In this document: piece by piece, positions 46,802 to 56,216 of the stretch | How the letters are laid out: the number at the start of each line of letters is the position of its first letter | Numbering within the stretch: position 1 is the stretch's first letter | Origin: Treponemataceae bacterium | GTDB lineage: Bacteria > Spirochaetota > Spirochaetia > Treponematales > Treponemataceae | Assembly (NCBI GenBank): GCA_024680915.1 | Contig: JAILBN010000035.1 | Location: forward strand, 8,435-72,434 | DNA: 64,000 nucleotides | Direction: 5' to 3' | Position numbers and translations under genes: made by a program | The notes under the pieces: generated by a model | The model's database searches: none | Told to the model about the DNA's origin: nothing | The model's input: only the letters and a program-made list of their open reading frames with translations

Positions 46802-47251
46802 TTAATCTGCGTAAACTTTTGTAATGTAATCCATGCTGTACAAGTTTCCATTAACCTGTACCATAGGATTTTCACCGCGTGTAGCGGCCTCTACGATACC
46901 AGTCGTAGACTCACCGTTTACATTCAGCTCTACAGTGCGTCCGATTGTTCCGGCAGCTTCTGAAGAAAAAAGCATATTTGCCATTCTAGTGAAGCTGCTA
47001 CTCATGTTTGTCATCTGCTCAAGTGATGAAAACTGAGCCATCTGCGCTATAAACTCCGTATTTTCCATAGGATTTGTTGGATCCTGATGGGAAAGCTGTG
47101 TAATTAGAAGTGTTAAAAAATCATCCTTGCCCAATTCCGAACTTACGGTACGTCCATTTTCCGCAGTGTTTTTTGCATTCTGGAAGTTTACTGCCTTATC
47201 CACAGCAGCCATTTCCTGTGCACTCAGTTTTGTATCAATTGTCATTGACAT
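46802..47251 (-). CDS. flgD: flagellar hook assembly/capping protein FlgD
   Basis: LGKDDFLTLLITQLSHQDPTNPMENTEFIAQMAQFSSLEQ is the FlgD signature. Confidence 0.92.
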   Translation of the reverse strand: MSMTIDTKLSAQEMAAVDKAVNFQNAKNTAENGRTVSSELGKDDFLTLLITQLSHQDPTNPMENTEFIAQMAQFSSLEQMTNMSSSFTRMANMLFSSEAAGTIGRTVELNVNGESTTGIVEAATRGENPMVQVNGNLYSMDYITKVYAD

Positions 47252-47276
47252 CCCCTCTATACAATCACAACGCCGA

Positions 47277-48818
47277 CTATGCGACGAGATTCACATTTCC
47301 TGAACCTGTATAATCATCAGCAGCGACATCCGGCATAGAATCGACATAAGCCATTCCCTGCTCATTCAACGTAGCTTCCTGCACGAACTGATGTTCCTGA
47401 TGAGGCTGGTCGTGGTTTCCACCGTTACCACTTCCACTCCAAGCAAGCTCGAATCCCCCGTTCTCAAATCCGCTGGCCGCGAAAGCCTCTTTTATGACGG
47501 AGATATTCTCCTTAAAGGCATCGTAGGCTTCTTGACTTGCGACTAGGATTTTTCCTGATATTTGATTCTCGGATAATTCAAGTTTTATCTTAACATTTCC
47601 AAGCTCTTCAGGATGAATAATTAAATTTATGGAACCTTTGCCATTGTTCTGAAGAACGATGGATCCAGTCTTCACAAGGTCTCCGGCAGAGCTTTCCAAT
47701 TCTTTGGACAGCATTGAGGAGAAAGTGCTTTTATCAATTCCCTCTATATCCCCGGTATAACCGGCAGTCCCTTCAGAAGGCATAAGGGAAAGAGATACCT
47801 GAGCATTTCCTTTGCCATCATAAGAGATTTGCTTGATGAAACCTTCGGATTCCGTCTTTTCCGGCAGCTTATGTTCCGTACGTAAGTCAACTACCTGTAT
47901 TTTCTCACCAGTAAGGGGTGTGCCGGCAGTCTCAGGTGCAAAAGCCAGGATATTTTCCTGGGGTAAAGCTGCCTGCTGCGTTACAGGAAGGGGATTTTCC
48001 TTTCCATTGCTGTGGGAAATGCTGGCCATAAGAGAATCATATTCCGCGAAACGTGATTTCTTTTCTTTTTTCACCTCTGTTTTTTCAGGTGAAAGACTTT
48101 CAGCAGTTTTCAAGCTGACAAGATTTTCACTTTTATTCTCCTGGTTTGGAGAAGCCTTGATTTTCTTAGGAGTCTCAAGCTTTTCACCGACTTTCTCTTG
48201 TAAAGCAGCCAAGGGGACCTCGTCGGAAACAGCTTCCTGATTCTCCAGGACAGGGACTTCAGTCCCTGCCTCCTCCTGAACCAAGATCTTTTTTACTACA
48301 GGAGTCTCCGCAGCCTCCACGCCGGCATGAGCCTCATCCACCATATAAAGGGCAAGACTTTCCTCTGAATCCGGTGAAGGGGTCTCCTCGACTGAAGATA
48401 AAATCTCTTGTTCAGCAGAGTCATCAAGAAGGACTGACTCCAAGGAGTCTACTGGCTTTTTCATATCCTTCGAGACATTAGAAGATAAATAATCTTCCAC
48501 TTGAATTTTCTGATTTTTAAAAGACGTGGTCTTTTTGGACTCAGATAAAACTTTTTTTTCTGTGACGGGAACTTCGCCATCAGAAGGCAAGTCGTCTGAT
48601 TTTACGACTTCCTCCTCGTTTTTCTGAGAAGCTTGATCAGATTCCGTTATTTTTCCATCCGTGGTATCTTTCTGTGAGGCCTTTTCCAGTATTTCACTGA
48701 AGGAAGGCCCTTCATTCTTTCCGTTGCTCGTTCCTTGAGTCTTATACCCTGTATCTGTGCTGGAAACAGTACTTACTTCAGGGCGTGACGGAAGAATATC
48801 CAGTGCCATAGCAGGCAT
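47277..48818 (-). CDS. fliK: flagellar hook-length control protein FliK (treponemal Tap1-like)
   Basis: The N-terminal two thirds are long, acidic and low-complexity. The C-terminal Flg_hook-type domain reads INLIIHPEELGNVKIKLELSENQISGKILVASQEAYDAFKEN. Its position before flgD-flgE also fits. Confidence 0.8.
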   Translation of the reverse strand: MPAMALDILPSRPEVSTVSSTDTGYKTQGTSNGKNEGPSFSEILEKASQKDTTDGKITESDQASQKNEEEVVKSDDLPSDGEVPVTEKKVLSESKKTTSFKNQKIQVEDYLSSNVSKDMKKPVDSLESVLLDDSAEQEILSSVEETPSPDSEESLALYMVDEAHAGVEAAETPVVKKILVQEEAGTEVPVLENQEAVSDEVPLAALQEKVGEKLETPKKIKASPNQENKSENLVSLKTAESLSPEKTEVKKEKKSRFAEYDSLMASISHSNGKENPLPVTQQAALPQENILAFAPETAGTPLTGEKIQVVDLRTEHKLPEKTESEGFIKQISYDGKGNAQVSLSLMPSEGTAGYTGDIEGIDKSTFSSMLSKELESSAGDLVKTGSIVLQNNGKGSINLIIHPEELGNVKIKLELSENQISGKILVASQEAYDAFKENISVIKEAFAASGFENGGFELAWSGSGNGGNHDQPHQEHQFVQEATLNEQGMAYVDSMPDVAADDYTGSGNVNLVA

Positions 48819-48874
48819 AATACCTCCGATGTAAACATCGGAATCAGAATGAGATTGGAAAAAACGCTCTTAGA

Positions 48875-49528
48875 CTAATTAAGGCTTTGAGGTTTAGAAC
48901 CCATTTTACGGGTTATTTCAGCAACTCTTTCAGCAGGCATAAGAGACATCCAATATGCGACGTTAGAGCCTTTACCACTTTCTTCTGCGATTTTGTCTAC
49001 CATCCGTATAGTATCGATGAAATCCTGATCATCCATAGCAAGAAGAATATCGACAGCACTCTTCGGCGGCATGGAGTTCAAATACTCTGCCCTAGTTCTG
49101 ATGTTTACCTCTCTATCTTCGGCTTTTTTCTTCTCGTTGTTGAATGTTTTCTCGCTCTCCTCAAGTGCAAGACGTCTATCGTCAAGCTCCTGGGCCATCT
49201 GCTCGTTCTGAGCCTCCTTCACCAGGATATCCGCCTCCCGCTTATCCAGCTCCTGGGAACGCATATCGTATTCTTCTATGATCTTTGACATCCGGTCCTG
49301 TTCAAGGTCAGCTATAACGGCATTCTCTACTTTATCGGCTGTATCTGAAGTCTGGGGAGCAAGACCCAGGAGTTCGTAAACAGGCGCAAAGGTCTTCTTC
49401 ATTTCAATGGCACCCAGATAGTCAAACCAGAGGAGACCTGCAAGGACCATAATCACCACAAGAACCAAAAGAACCAATGTTTTTCCGATTGTTTTTCCAG
49501 CGCTCACTTCCCACCCCGCAACGCACAC
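48875..49528 (-). CDS. flbB: periplasmic-flagellum collar protein FlbB-like (TM anchor, coiled coil, MgtE_N-like domain)
   Basis: It has an N-terminal TM segment, a charged coiled coil and a C-terminal PPKSAVDILLAMDDQDFIDTIRMV. The order flbB-fliK-flgD-flgE matches Borrelia and Treponema. The start codon is uncertain: GTG at 49528 or at 49507. Confidence 0.6.
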   Translation of the reverse strand: MCVAGWEVSAGKTIGKTLVLLVLVVIMVLAGLLWFDYLGAIEMKKTFAPVYELLGLAPQTSDTADKVENAVIADLEQDRMSKIIEEYDMRSQELDKREADILVKEAQNEQMAQELDDRRLALEESEKTFNNEKKKAEDREVNIRTRAEYLNSMPPKSAVDILLAMDDQDFIDTIRMVDKIAEESGKGSNVAYWMSLMPAERVAEITRKMGSKPQSLN

Positions 49529-49589
49529 TTTTGTTGATTACAGACAAAAAGCTTAAATATTTGATATACTAGAGTATACAATTGAATTC

Positions 49590-52415
49590 TCAGAATGTAA
49601 ACACACCACACAGAACAAGGTCATAAAGCTTGTCTGACTGTTCATTGGCGAAATACCAGATAAAATCTGCTCCCAGCTCGAATTGAAAACTATAAGTAAG
49701 GCTGACTATGGGTGAAAGAGTGAAATTCGCACCGCACTTTAAGCCGTGTTTTATATTAAGGTCTGAAAGATTTGTTATAAGAGCAGGCAATTCAAGAATC
49801 AGCATATTCTGAGCAGAGGTTTTCCAATCGGCCTCATAACCAGCTGTAAAAGTAAACCTGTTGGCATAGAAAGGGAAAAAAGGAATACCTTTCTGTATTT
49901 CTGCGGAATAAAGAACTGCATCCGCAGAAAGGGAGAGGAATTCCTCTGAATTTTTTATCAGGTCTGCCTTTGCAGAAAGAGGGATAAAGCCTCCCACCCC
50001 TGCAGATAGGTAAAAACCCAAATTATTGAAAAATGATGATGGGGAATCAGGCAGGGACTCGTATTCAGTCACGAATCTGACGCCCGATAACACAAACCAT
50101 TTGTCATAGACCTTCTTTCCGGTCTTATACACAGCTGAATATGAAAGATCAATAGAGTTCTCGATGAGCATGGAGGAATCCATAGAAAACTCGTGGGTGA
50201 AAGTATCGCTGTATTGCAGCTCCTGACGCAGGGTATACACAGGGATAACACCTGACAAGATGCATTTATCCTTGATTTTGGCCAGGCCAGAAGCATTCCA
50301 GTCCGCAAGAAAGGATAGATCATAAGACAGAAAGGAAGGTCCCCCCCATGACCTTAAACTGATTCCGCCGTTTTTCTCAATATAATTCCAGCCGCCGGAA
50401 AGAAGAAGCTTCACCCGCTCGGTGGGATCCATCAGCATCCAGGTAGCACCCAGCTCATAGGGATATTCCGAGGTAAGGTCCATTCCCACAGGCAGGACGG
50501 GACCTGAGAAAAGATATTCAAAGGCATTATATTTTTCTCTTTCCGGTGGTTCAGAGGCTGGCATGGAGGGGGAAGAGGCCTGTGTCATATAAGTCTCCCC
50601 GGCTTCTACCCTTGAAGCATCCGCACAGACATTCATTTCCATGAGGGCAATCTCCGAGACACCACCGGGAATTCCATCGCAGAAGGAAAGATCCATTGAC
50701 TCAGACTTGCGGGCAATAAAATAGAGCTTATCTGCCTGGGAGAAATAAAAGGGATTATGGACACCACCTGAGACATCCTCCCTTCCCAGGGACAGCCTAA
50801 GGGGACCTTCCCCATGGGAGGGACATTCCATAACAAGCAGTCTGGAAAGGGCTCCTGGAGAAGTCTCGCTGCCTGAAAGCAGACCTTCACCAGCAACAGC
50901 ACTGTAAAAGATAAGATTATCCCTGTCCTCACCGGCAAAGGCGAAGGAAGAAGGCACGATCCCTTGGGGGAAGGCGTAATCCCCTCTTTTTTCCAGAGAA
51001 TAAGAATTGTTCCCGACGCAGAGCTCATAGACAGAAAGCTGCCATTTTCCATGCTGCTTTTCCAAGGAGAAGATATTATCACCGGCTGACAAGATATTAT
51101 AAATCTCAAGATCAATTGGAAGCTGCTCCGAATAAAGGACATCGGCTGAATTACCAAAAGCCTTCACCCCCTCAAAGTCACGGATCTCAAGGCAAGCCCT
51201 TCCAGAACGGACGGCAACCCCGATAACAAAAGCACCGTAGTCAGGAATCTCAGCGAGACAGGAAGAAGAAAGGGGGTAAAGCTCCTGGGACACATAAGTT
51301 TCAGTATCCATGTCATACACTTTCAGGCTGTATGACTTTGAAAGATTCTTCCCGATGCCATTGATAAGAAGATAGCGGCCGTCATTTGAGAAGGAAAGTT
51401 TTGAGATTCCTCCGTCAGCAAGTAGAAGCTTTCTTTCTTGACCGGGTAAACCCGTCACAGGATCCAAGGGAAGATATTTTATATATGAAGCGTTATCAAG
51501 GAAAGCAAGCCCCTTCTCCTTACCATTCCTGAAGGCAAGGCAAGAAGACAAGGATGGCTCCGAGGAAAGGCTTTTCACTTCAGTATCAGCAGATATCACA
51601 GGAAGAGGTATGGATTCTTCAAACAGCTTCCACTCATCCTCAAGAGGAATTCCATATACAGCTTCGAAGGAATCATCAACGAAAGGCTTAAAAAAACTGG
51701 GATTCCCGCATTTTGCCCAGAATTCGGCGTATTTATCCATTCCGTATTTATTCTGTATATATCTGTTGAAAGCTCCGCCAAAAAGATAGGCATAATAGGA
51801 GCTGGGGAAAATATCCCTGGGACCAGAGGCGTCCTTCCAGCTGGGGAATTTGTTCTCTAGCTTGGCCTGGACAAGGAAAGCCATATGGTCACCATTATTC
51901 AAGCGCCCCTCCCCGTCCATACTTTCGAAGGATACTGTCACCCCCTCAAGAAAAGACAGGGTGGAAGTAAATAGATAGGAGGGAGAATAGCAGTCACCAA
52001 GAAAGGAAGAAAGGAAGGACCAAAAGCCATCCCGGATATTCATGGAAACAGCGTGGACAAGCTCATGATAGAAGACGGAAAGCTTGGTCTCCGAGAAAAC
52101 AGCCATTGAAAAAGAATCCACCGGAGTATCATAAAAAACGATGCGGTTATAGGGAAAGGGCGTGTAATAAGCGTTCAGCTGCTGATTGTCCGGCGTTATA
52201 TAGACGGGGATAAAAAGCTCTTCATCAGACTGAAGAAGATCTGTAGCCTTTTTATATAAAGCCTCCACATTCTCGTATAAGATCAAGGCCGTTTCTTGGC
52301 ATGCTTCCGGATAAATAAGGTCGAAATGCTCTGTACTAAGCGTGTATAAGCTTTCAGCGAACAAAGAAAAAGACAAAAATAAAAGAGTAATGCTTAAAAA
52401 ACTTTTTTTTCTCAT
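49590..52415 (-). CDS. large secreted protein: N-terminal HExxH domain, PD40/TolB-like segment, C-terminal beta-barrel-like region
   Basis: The ATG at 52415 has an AAGGAG SD. The signal peptide is MRKKSFLSITLLFLSFSLFAES. HELVH is encoded at 52053-52067. LSFSNDGRYLLING resembles a PD40 repeat. The C-terminus has alternating hydrophobics and ends ...LCGVFTF. Confidence 0.65.
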   Translation of the reverse strand: MRKKSFLSITLLFLSFSLFAESLYTLSTEHFDLIYPEACQETALILYENVEALYKKATDLLQSDEELFIPVYITPDNQQLNAYYTPFPYNRIVFYDTPVDSFSMAVFSETKLSVFYHELVHAVSMNIRDGFWSFLSSFLGDCYSPSYLFTSTLSFLEGVTVSFESMDGEGRLNNGDHMAFLVQAKLENKFPSWKDASGPRDIFPSSYYAYLFGGAFNRYIQNKYGMDKYAEFWAKCGNPSFFKPFVDDSFEAVYGIPLEDEWKLFEESIPLPVISADTEVKSLSSEPSLSSCLAFRNGKEKGLAFLDNASYIKYLPLDPVTGLPGQERKLLLADGGISKLSFSNDGRYLLINGIGKNLSKSYSLKVYDMDTETYVSQELYPLSSSCLAEIPDYGAFVIGVAVRSGRACLEIRDFEGVKAFGNSADVLYSEQLPIDLEIYNILSAGDNIFSLEKQHGKWQLSVYELCVGNNSYSLEKRGDYAFPQGIVPSSFAFAGEDRDNLIFYSAVAGEGLLSGSETSPGALSRLLVMECPSHGEGPLRLSLGREDVSGGVHNPFYFSQADKLYFIARKSESMDLSFCDGIPGGVSEIALMEMNVCADASRVEAGETYMTQASSPSMPASEPPEREKYNAFEYLFSGPVLPVGMDLTSEYPYELGATWMLMDPTERVKLLLSGGWNYIEKNGGISLRSWGGPSFLSYDLSFLADWNASGLAKIKDKCILSGVIPVYTLRQELQYSDTFTHEFSMDSSMLIENSIDLSYSAVYKTGKKVYDKWFVLSGVRFVTEYESLPDSPSSFFNNLGFYLSAGVGGFIPLSAKADLIKNSEEFLSLSADAVLYSAEIQKGIPFFPFYANRFTFTAGYEADWKTSAQNMLILELPALITNLSDLNIKHGLKCGANFTLSPIVSLTYSFQFELGADFIWYFANEQSDKLYDLVLCGVFTF

Positions 52416-52592
52416 TTTATAGGACTCCTTGAAGTTACTTATATATAATAACACTTGAAGCAACAGAATCTATTTAGTATTATAAAACAATAATAACTTA
52501 ACACTCTACATAGTTACATAAATCGGCCGTAGTCCGCTAGATAAAAAATGCAACCCGATTATACCGCCGGAATAATATTAAGGAGAAAAATT

Positions 52593-53672
52593 ATGTCAGA
52601 AACAGAGATAAATACTAGGACTTACGAGGCTGCTCTTGAAAGAAGCAAGAAAATAGAAGAGGATATCCTTGTAAACCCTAAGAGATACAGGGTTCTCACA
52701 GGAGACAGACCTACAGGAAGACTCCATATAGGGCATTACTTCGGCTCCCTCCAGAACCGTGTACGCCTTTCTAAGCTTGGCGTTCCAACTATGATTCTTA
52801 TTGCGGACTATCAGGTACTAACAGACCACGAGGCCTTCTCAGAAATATCACAGAACACAAAACAGCTGGTAATCGATTACTTGGCCGCCGGAATTGTTCC
52901 CAGCGATGACGTAATAATTTACCCCCACAGCTATATTCCAGAAGCAAACCAGCTTATGCTACCCTTCCTTACTCTTGTGTCTAACTCAGAGCTGAGCAGG
53001 AACCCCACAGTCAAAGAGGAAATCCAGTCTGCAGGTCTGAAGAGCGTCAATGCCGGTATGTATACCTATCCTGTTCACCAGGCCTGTGACATTCTTTTCT
53101 GCAAGGGAACTGTCGTTCCTGTAGGAAAGGACCAGCTGCCCCACCTTGAGATGACCCGTGCTATTGCCCGCCGCTTCAACGAGAAATTCTGCCCCAAGAA
53201 CCCTGTTTTCCCCGAGCCACAGGCTTTGCTCAGCAAAACTCCTATGATCCTGGGACTTGACGGCAGCCAGAAGATGAGTAAGAGCCGGGGAAACGCCGTA
53301 ATGCTCTCAGCCACAGAGGATGAGACAGCCAAGCTTATAAAGAAAGCCAAGACAGATGCCGACAGACATATCTCTTTTGATCCTGTCAACAGACCTGAGG
53401 TCTCCAACCTTCTCATGCTTATATCCCTTTGCACAGGAGAAGAGCCTGAAGCCATAGCAGAAAAAATAGGAGACAATGGAGGCGGAATGCTTAAGAGCAT
53501 GCTTACAGAAAGCCTTAACGAGAAGCTCCGCCCTCTCAGAGAAGAAAGGAAAAGACTGGAAGCATCCCCGGACTATATCAGGAAGGTCCTGCTTACCGGT
53601 GCTGAAAAAGCCAGGGAAATAGCTATACAGACACTTAATGAAGTCCGTCATGTCATGAACATGGAGATATAA
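52593..53672 (+). CDS. trpS: tryptophan--tRNA ligase
   Basis: HIGH motif (GRLHIGHYFG) and KMSKS motif (QKMSKS). The size of about 359 aa fits class Ic TrpRS. I prefer the ATG at 52593 with an AAGGAGA SD. Confidence 0.85.
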   Translation: MSETEINTRTYEAALERSKKIEEDILVNPKRYRVLTGDRPTGRLHIGHYFGSLQNRVRLSKLGVPTMILIADYQVLTDHEAFSEISQNTKQLVIDYLAAGIVPSDDVIIYPHSYIPEANQLMLPFLTLVSNSELSRNPTVKEEIQSAGLKSVNAGMYTYPVHQACDILFCKGTVVPVGKDQLPHLEMTRAIARRFNEKFCPKNPVFPEPQALLSKTPMILGLDGSQKMSKSRGNAVMLSATEDETAKLIKKAKTDADRHISFDPVNRPEVSNLLMLISLCTGEEPEAIAEKIGDNGGGMLKSMLTESLNEKLRPLREERKRLEASPDYIRKVLLTGAEKAREIAIQTLNEVRHVMNMEI

Positions 53673-53749
53673 GCTAGTGTCGAGGCCTTTTCTAGATAAG
53701 CCTTGACACAGACATTTCCCCGATCAGAACAGCTTTTTCCTCCGGGGAT

Positions 53750-53813
53750 AAAAAAAGGACTGTCCTTACTTTTGAAGTGTGTTCCACTTCAGCTTTTGGA
53801 CAGCCCTTTTTTT
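53750..53813. terminator. bidirectional intrinsic terminator between trpS and tpiA
   Basis: An A-run (53750-56), then GGACTGTCC (53757-65) pairing with GGACAGCCC (53798-806), with an inner GAAGTG/CACTTC pairing, then a T-run (53807-13). Confidence 0.65.
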
Positions 53814-53851
53814 CGTCTTTACACCGCTATGAAAGCGATGACACGAAAAGT

Positions 53852-54607
53852 TTATTTCTTGTATGTCTTACATATAGCCTCAAAAGAAGCAACCTTGAGA
53901 GCAGCTCCACCGATAAGACCACCGTCGATATCCTCTTTTGCGAGAAGATCCGCAGCGTTCTCTGGCTTCATCGAACCTCCGTACTGGATTACGACTTCAT
54001 CAGCTACAGCCTTGCTGTAGAGCTTTGCGATATGATCGCGGCAGAACTTGTGGATAGCCTCAGCATCGTCCGGAGTTGCTGTTTTTCCTGTACCGATAGC
54101 CCAGACAGGCTCGTAAGCGATGGTAACATTCTTCATCTGCTCTGCTGTAACACCAGAGAGACCGGCTGAAAGCTGGAAAGCACAAACCTTCTCCGCGTTT
54201 CCTGCCTCACGGTCAGAAAGAAGCTCACCGATGCAGAGAACGACCTCAAGGCCCTGCTCCAAAGCACGGAGAACTTTCTTATTGATGAGCTCATCGCTCT
54301 CACCAATCTCATGACGGCGCTCTGAGTGACCAAGAATTACAGCCTGGCAGCCGATATCTTTAAGCATCTCGCAGGAAACTTCACCGGTATGGGCACCGTT
54401 TCCTGTCGCGGCTACATCCTGCGCAGCAAGAAGTATATTAGAACCTTTGACAACCTGAGCTACAGCATCAAGATAAACGTAAGGAACACCAATCATGTAC
54501 TTGTTCTTTCCGTCTTTAAGAGCTTCTACAAGACCCTTGGCAAGCTCGACAGCTTCTGCCTTGTTCTTGTTCATTTTCCAGTTACCGGCAATATAAGTTT
54601 TCCTCAT
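53852..54607 (-). CDS. tpiA: triose-phosphate isomerase
   Basis: MRKTYIAGNWKMNK, LGHSERR and AYEPVWAIGTG. I prefer the ATG at 54607 with an AAGGAGA SD. The track's 48-codon N-terminal extension is unlikely to be real. Confidence 0.93.
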   Translation of the reverse strand: MRKTYIAGNWKMNKNKAEAVELAKGLVEALKDGKNKYMIGVPYVYLDAVAQVVKGSNILLAAQDVAATGNGAHTGEVSCEMLKDIGCQAVILGHSERRHEIGESDELINKKVLRALEQGLEVVLCIGELLSDREAGNAEKVCAFQLSAGLSGVTAEQMKNVTIAYEPVWAIGTGKTATPDDAEAIHKFCRDHIAKLYSKAVADEVVIQYGGSMKPENAADLLAKEDIDGGLIGGAALKVASFEAICKTYKK

Positions 54608-54806
54608 ATATGTCTCCTTATAAAAATTGCGTCGCTTGATGCTTTGCCATAAAGCGCGACGTTGCATGATGATATAAATGCAAAAAAGCATTTTTTGGCG
54701 CGTACCGAGCATAGGGACAATCTGCCTCAAACGCTTCAGGACGAACACCATCCGATAGAATACTAACGAATTCCACGAACAATTTCAATAATGCAGTAAG
54801 TCTCCC

Positions 54807-55523
54807 CTATTCCCTTACAAACATTATCTCAGAGATAGGACGGTCTGCCTTCTTGCCCTTGTTTTCGAATTTAGTCTCAGGCCGCCATTCCTGATGGGGA
54901 GCGAAGCCTTGGTACATATTCTTTAAGCCTGGGGTGACCGAAAGCTCATCCAAGGCGAATTCAGCATAGGGAAGCCAGTCCGTCACCATATAAAGGTAAC
55001 CCTTTTTTTTCAGCTTTCCAGCCAGAAGATCGGTACGGGGTCTTTGCACAAGACGTCTTTTGAAATGCTTTTTCTTAGGCCAGGGATCCGGGAAAAAAAT
55101 ATGAAAAGCATCTACAGAGGAGTCTGGAATCATATTCTTAAGCACGTCCATAGCGTCGTGCTCGACTATACGTAGATTTTCAAGGCCCAGATCCCGAATA
55201 TCACCAAGCAGCTTTCCTACCCCCGGAGTATGGACCTCAAGCCCCAGATAATTCTTATCCGGATTCTCGGATGCGATTATAGCTGTAGCCTTCCCCATTC
55301 CGAAGCCTATCTCAACCGTCACAGGATTATTGTTTCCGAATAACTCAGAAAAATTAAGGGCTTCATTACGATAAGGTATACACCATAAGGCGGACAGGGT
55401 CTCATAATCCCTTTTCTGAGCGGCAGTCATACGGCCTGCCCTCATGACAAAAGTATGAACGGTACGCATCATCACATCCATATTATTAGTACGTTCCTCA
55501 TCATTATCTGCAATATTTTCCAT
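54807..55523 (-). CDS. trmB: tRNA (guanine46-N7)-methyltransferase
   Basis: [19 protein letters not shown] and [15 protein letters not shown] are TrmB signatures. Confidence 0.9.
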   Translation of the reverse strand: MENIADNDEERTNNMDVMMRTVHTFVMRAGRMTAAQKRDYETLSALWCIPYRNEALNFSELFGNNNPVTVEIGFGMGKATAIIASENPDKNYLGLEVHTPGVGKLLGDIRDLGLENLRIVEHDAMDVLKNMIPDSSVDAFHIFFPDPWPKKKHFKRRLVQRPRTDLLAGKLKKKGYLYMVTDWLPYAEFALDELSVTPGLKNMYQGFAPHQEWRPETKFENKGKKADRPISEIMFVRE

Positions 55524-55558
55524 GTATTTTTTTCTTTCCCGATTATTATTCCTGCCTG

Positions 55559-56197
55559 TTATTGATTCAGATAAACAGAAGGCATAAGATATATAGCATT
55601 TAATTCTGGATTAAGAACATATTCCCTGTAGTACAAGGCATCAGGATATTTCTGCCTGACTTTCTCCAAGGAAGTGAAATCATCGTTTTTTGGTCCTGTA
55701 TACAGCACCTTACCGTCAATACCGAGCACAAGATACTGTATATTCTGATTACCGACCACTGATTTGCCGAAAACCTCAGCTTCCTCTGCCTTCAAAGTAA
55801 ACAAGGCATCCTTTGTCTTTCCGGCTTTATCTTCATATATCACCTGATATACGGCATCCTCAAAATCCAGGCTTCCAGGCATTCGTAAAGAAGGGCAGCC
55901 TGCAAAGGTTTTTTGCTGGGATTCGTTCATAACAACATCAACGGAATCCACAGACCAAATCATGCCAGAGGAAGTATTCTTTACGGTCATCGACTGTATT
56001 TTTCCGGCTTCTGTAACCTCAGCGAAGACAGAAAGACTGACAGAAGGATCAGTGTTTTTTGATTCGTAATTATATACAAGCTGGGGATAAACAGCATAAA
56101 TGCTCATGGAAACATCTGAACAAGACATGAAAGAGAAAAGAAGACACAAGAGAGAAGAAAACAACAGTATCTGCCTCAGACTATATCTCTTTTTCAC
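55559..56197 (-). CDS. lipoprotein of unknown function
   Basis: Likely GTG start at 56197 (GGGAGA SD), giving [28 protein letters not shown] with a lipobox. The track's start at 56284 would overlap the upstream gene by 68 nt. Confidence 0.6.
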   Translation of the reverse strand: MKKRYSLRQILLFSSLLCLLFSFMSCSDVSMSIYAVYPQLVYNYESKNTDPSVSLSVFAEVTEAGKIQSMTVKNTSSGMIWSVDSVDVVMNESQQKTFAGCPSLRMPGSLDFEDAVYQVIYEDKAGKTKDALFTLKAEEAEVFGKSVVGNQNIQYLVLGIDGKVLYTGPKNDDFTSLEKVRQKYPDALYYREYVLNPELNAIYLMPSVYLNQ

Positions 56198-56216
56198 TCT
56201 CCCAGCACCTCTCTTA

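Noticed and set aside
49332-49339. An exact GCCGATAA (minus strand) inside flbB.
   Set aside because: No TAAA element lies at the -35 position, and the site is inside coding sequence. It is probably a chance occurrence.
54608-54751. A 48-codon N-terminal extension of tpiA in the ORF track. Similar extensions occur at 2073, 15253, 21739, 26115, 29449, 31597, 52463, 52548 and 56284.
   Set aside because: In each case an internal ATG or GTG preceded by a good SD gives the canonical family N-terminus or a clean signal peptide. The extensions overlap promoters or neighbouring genes.
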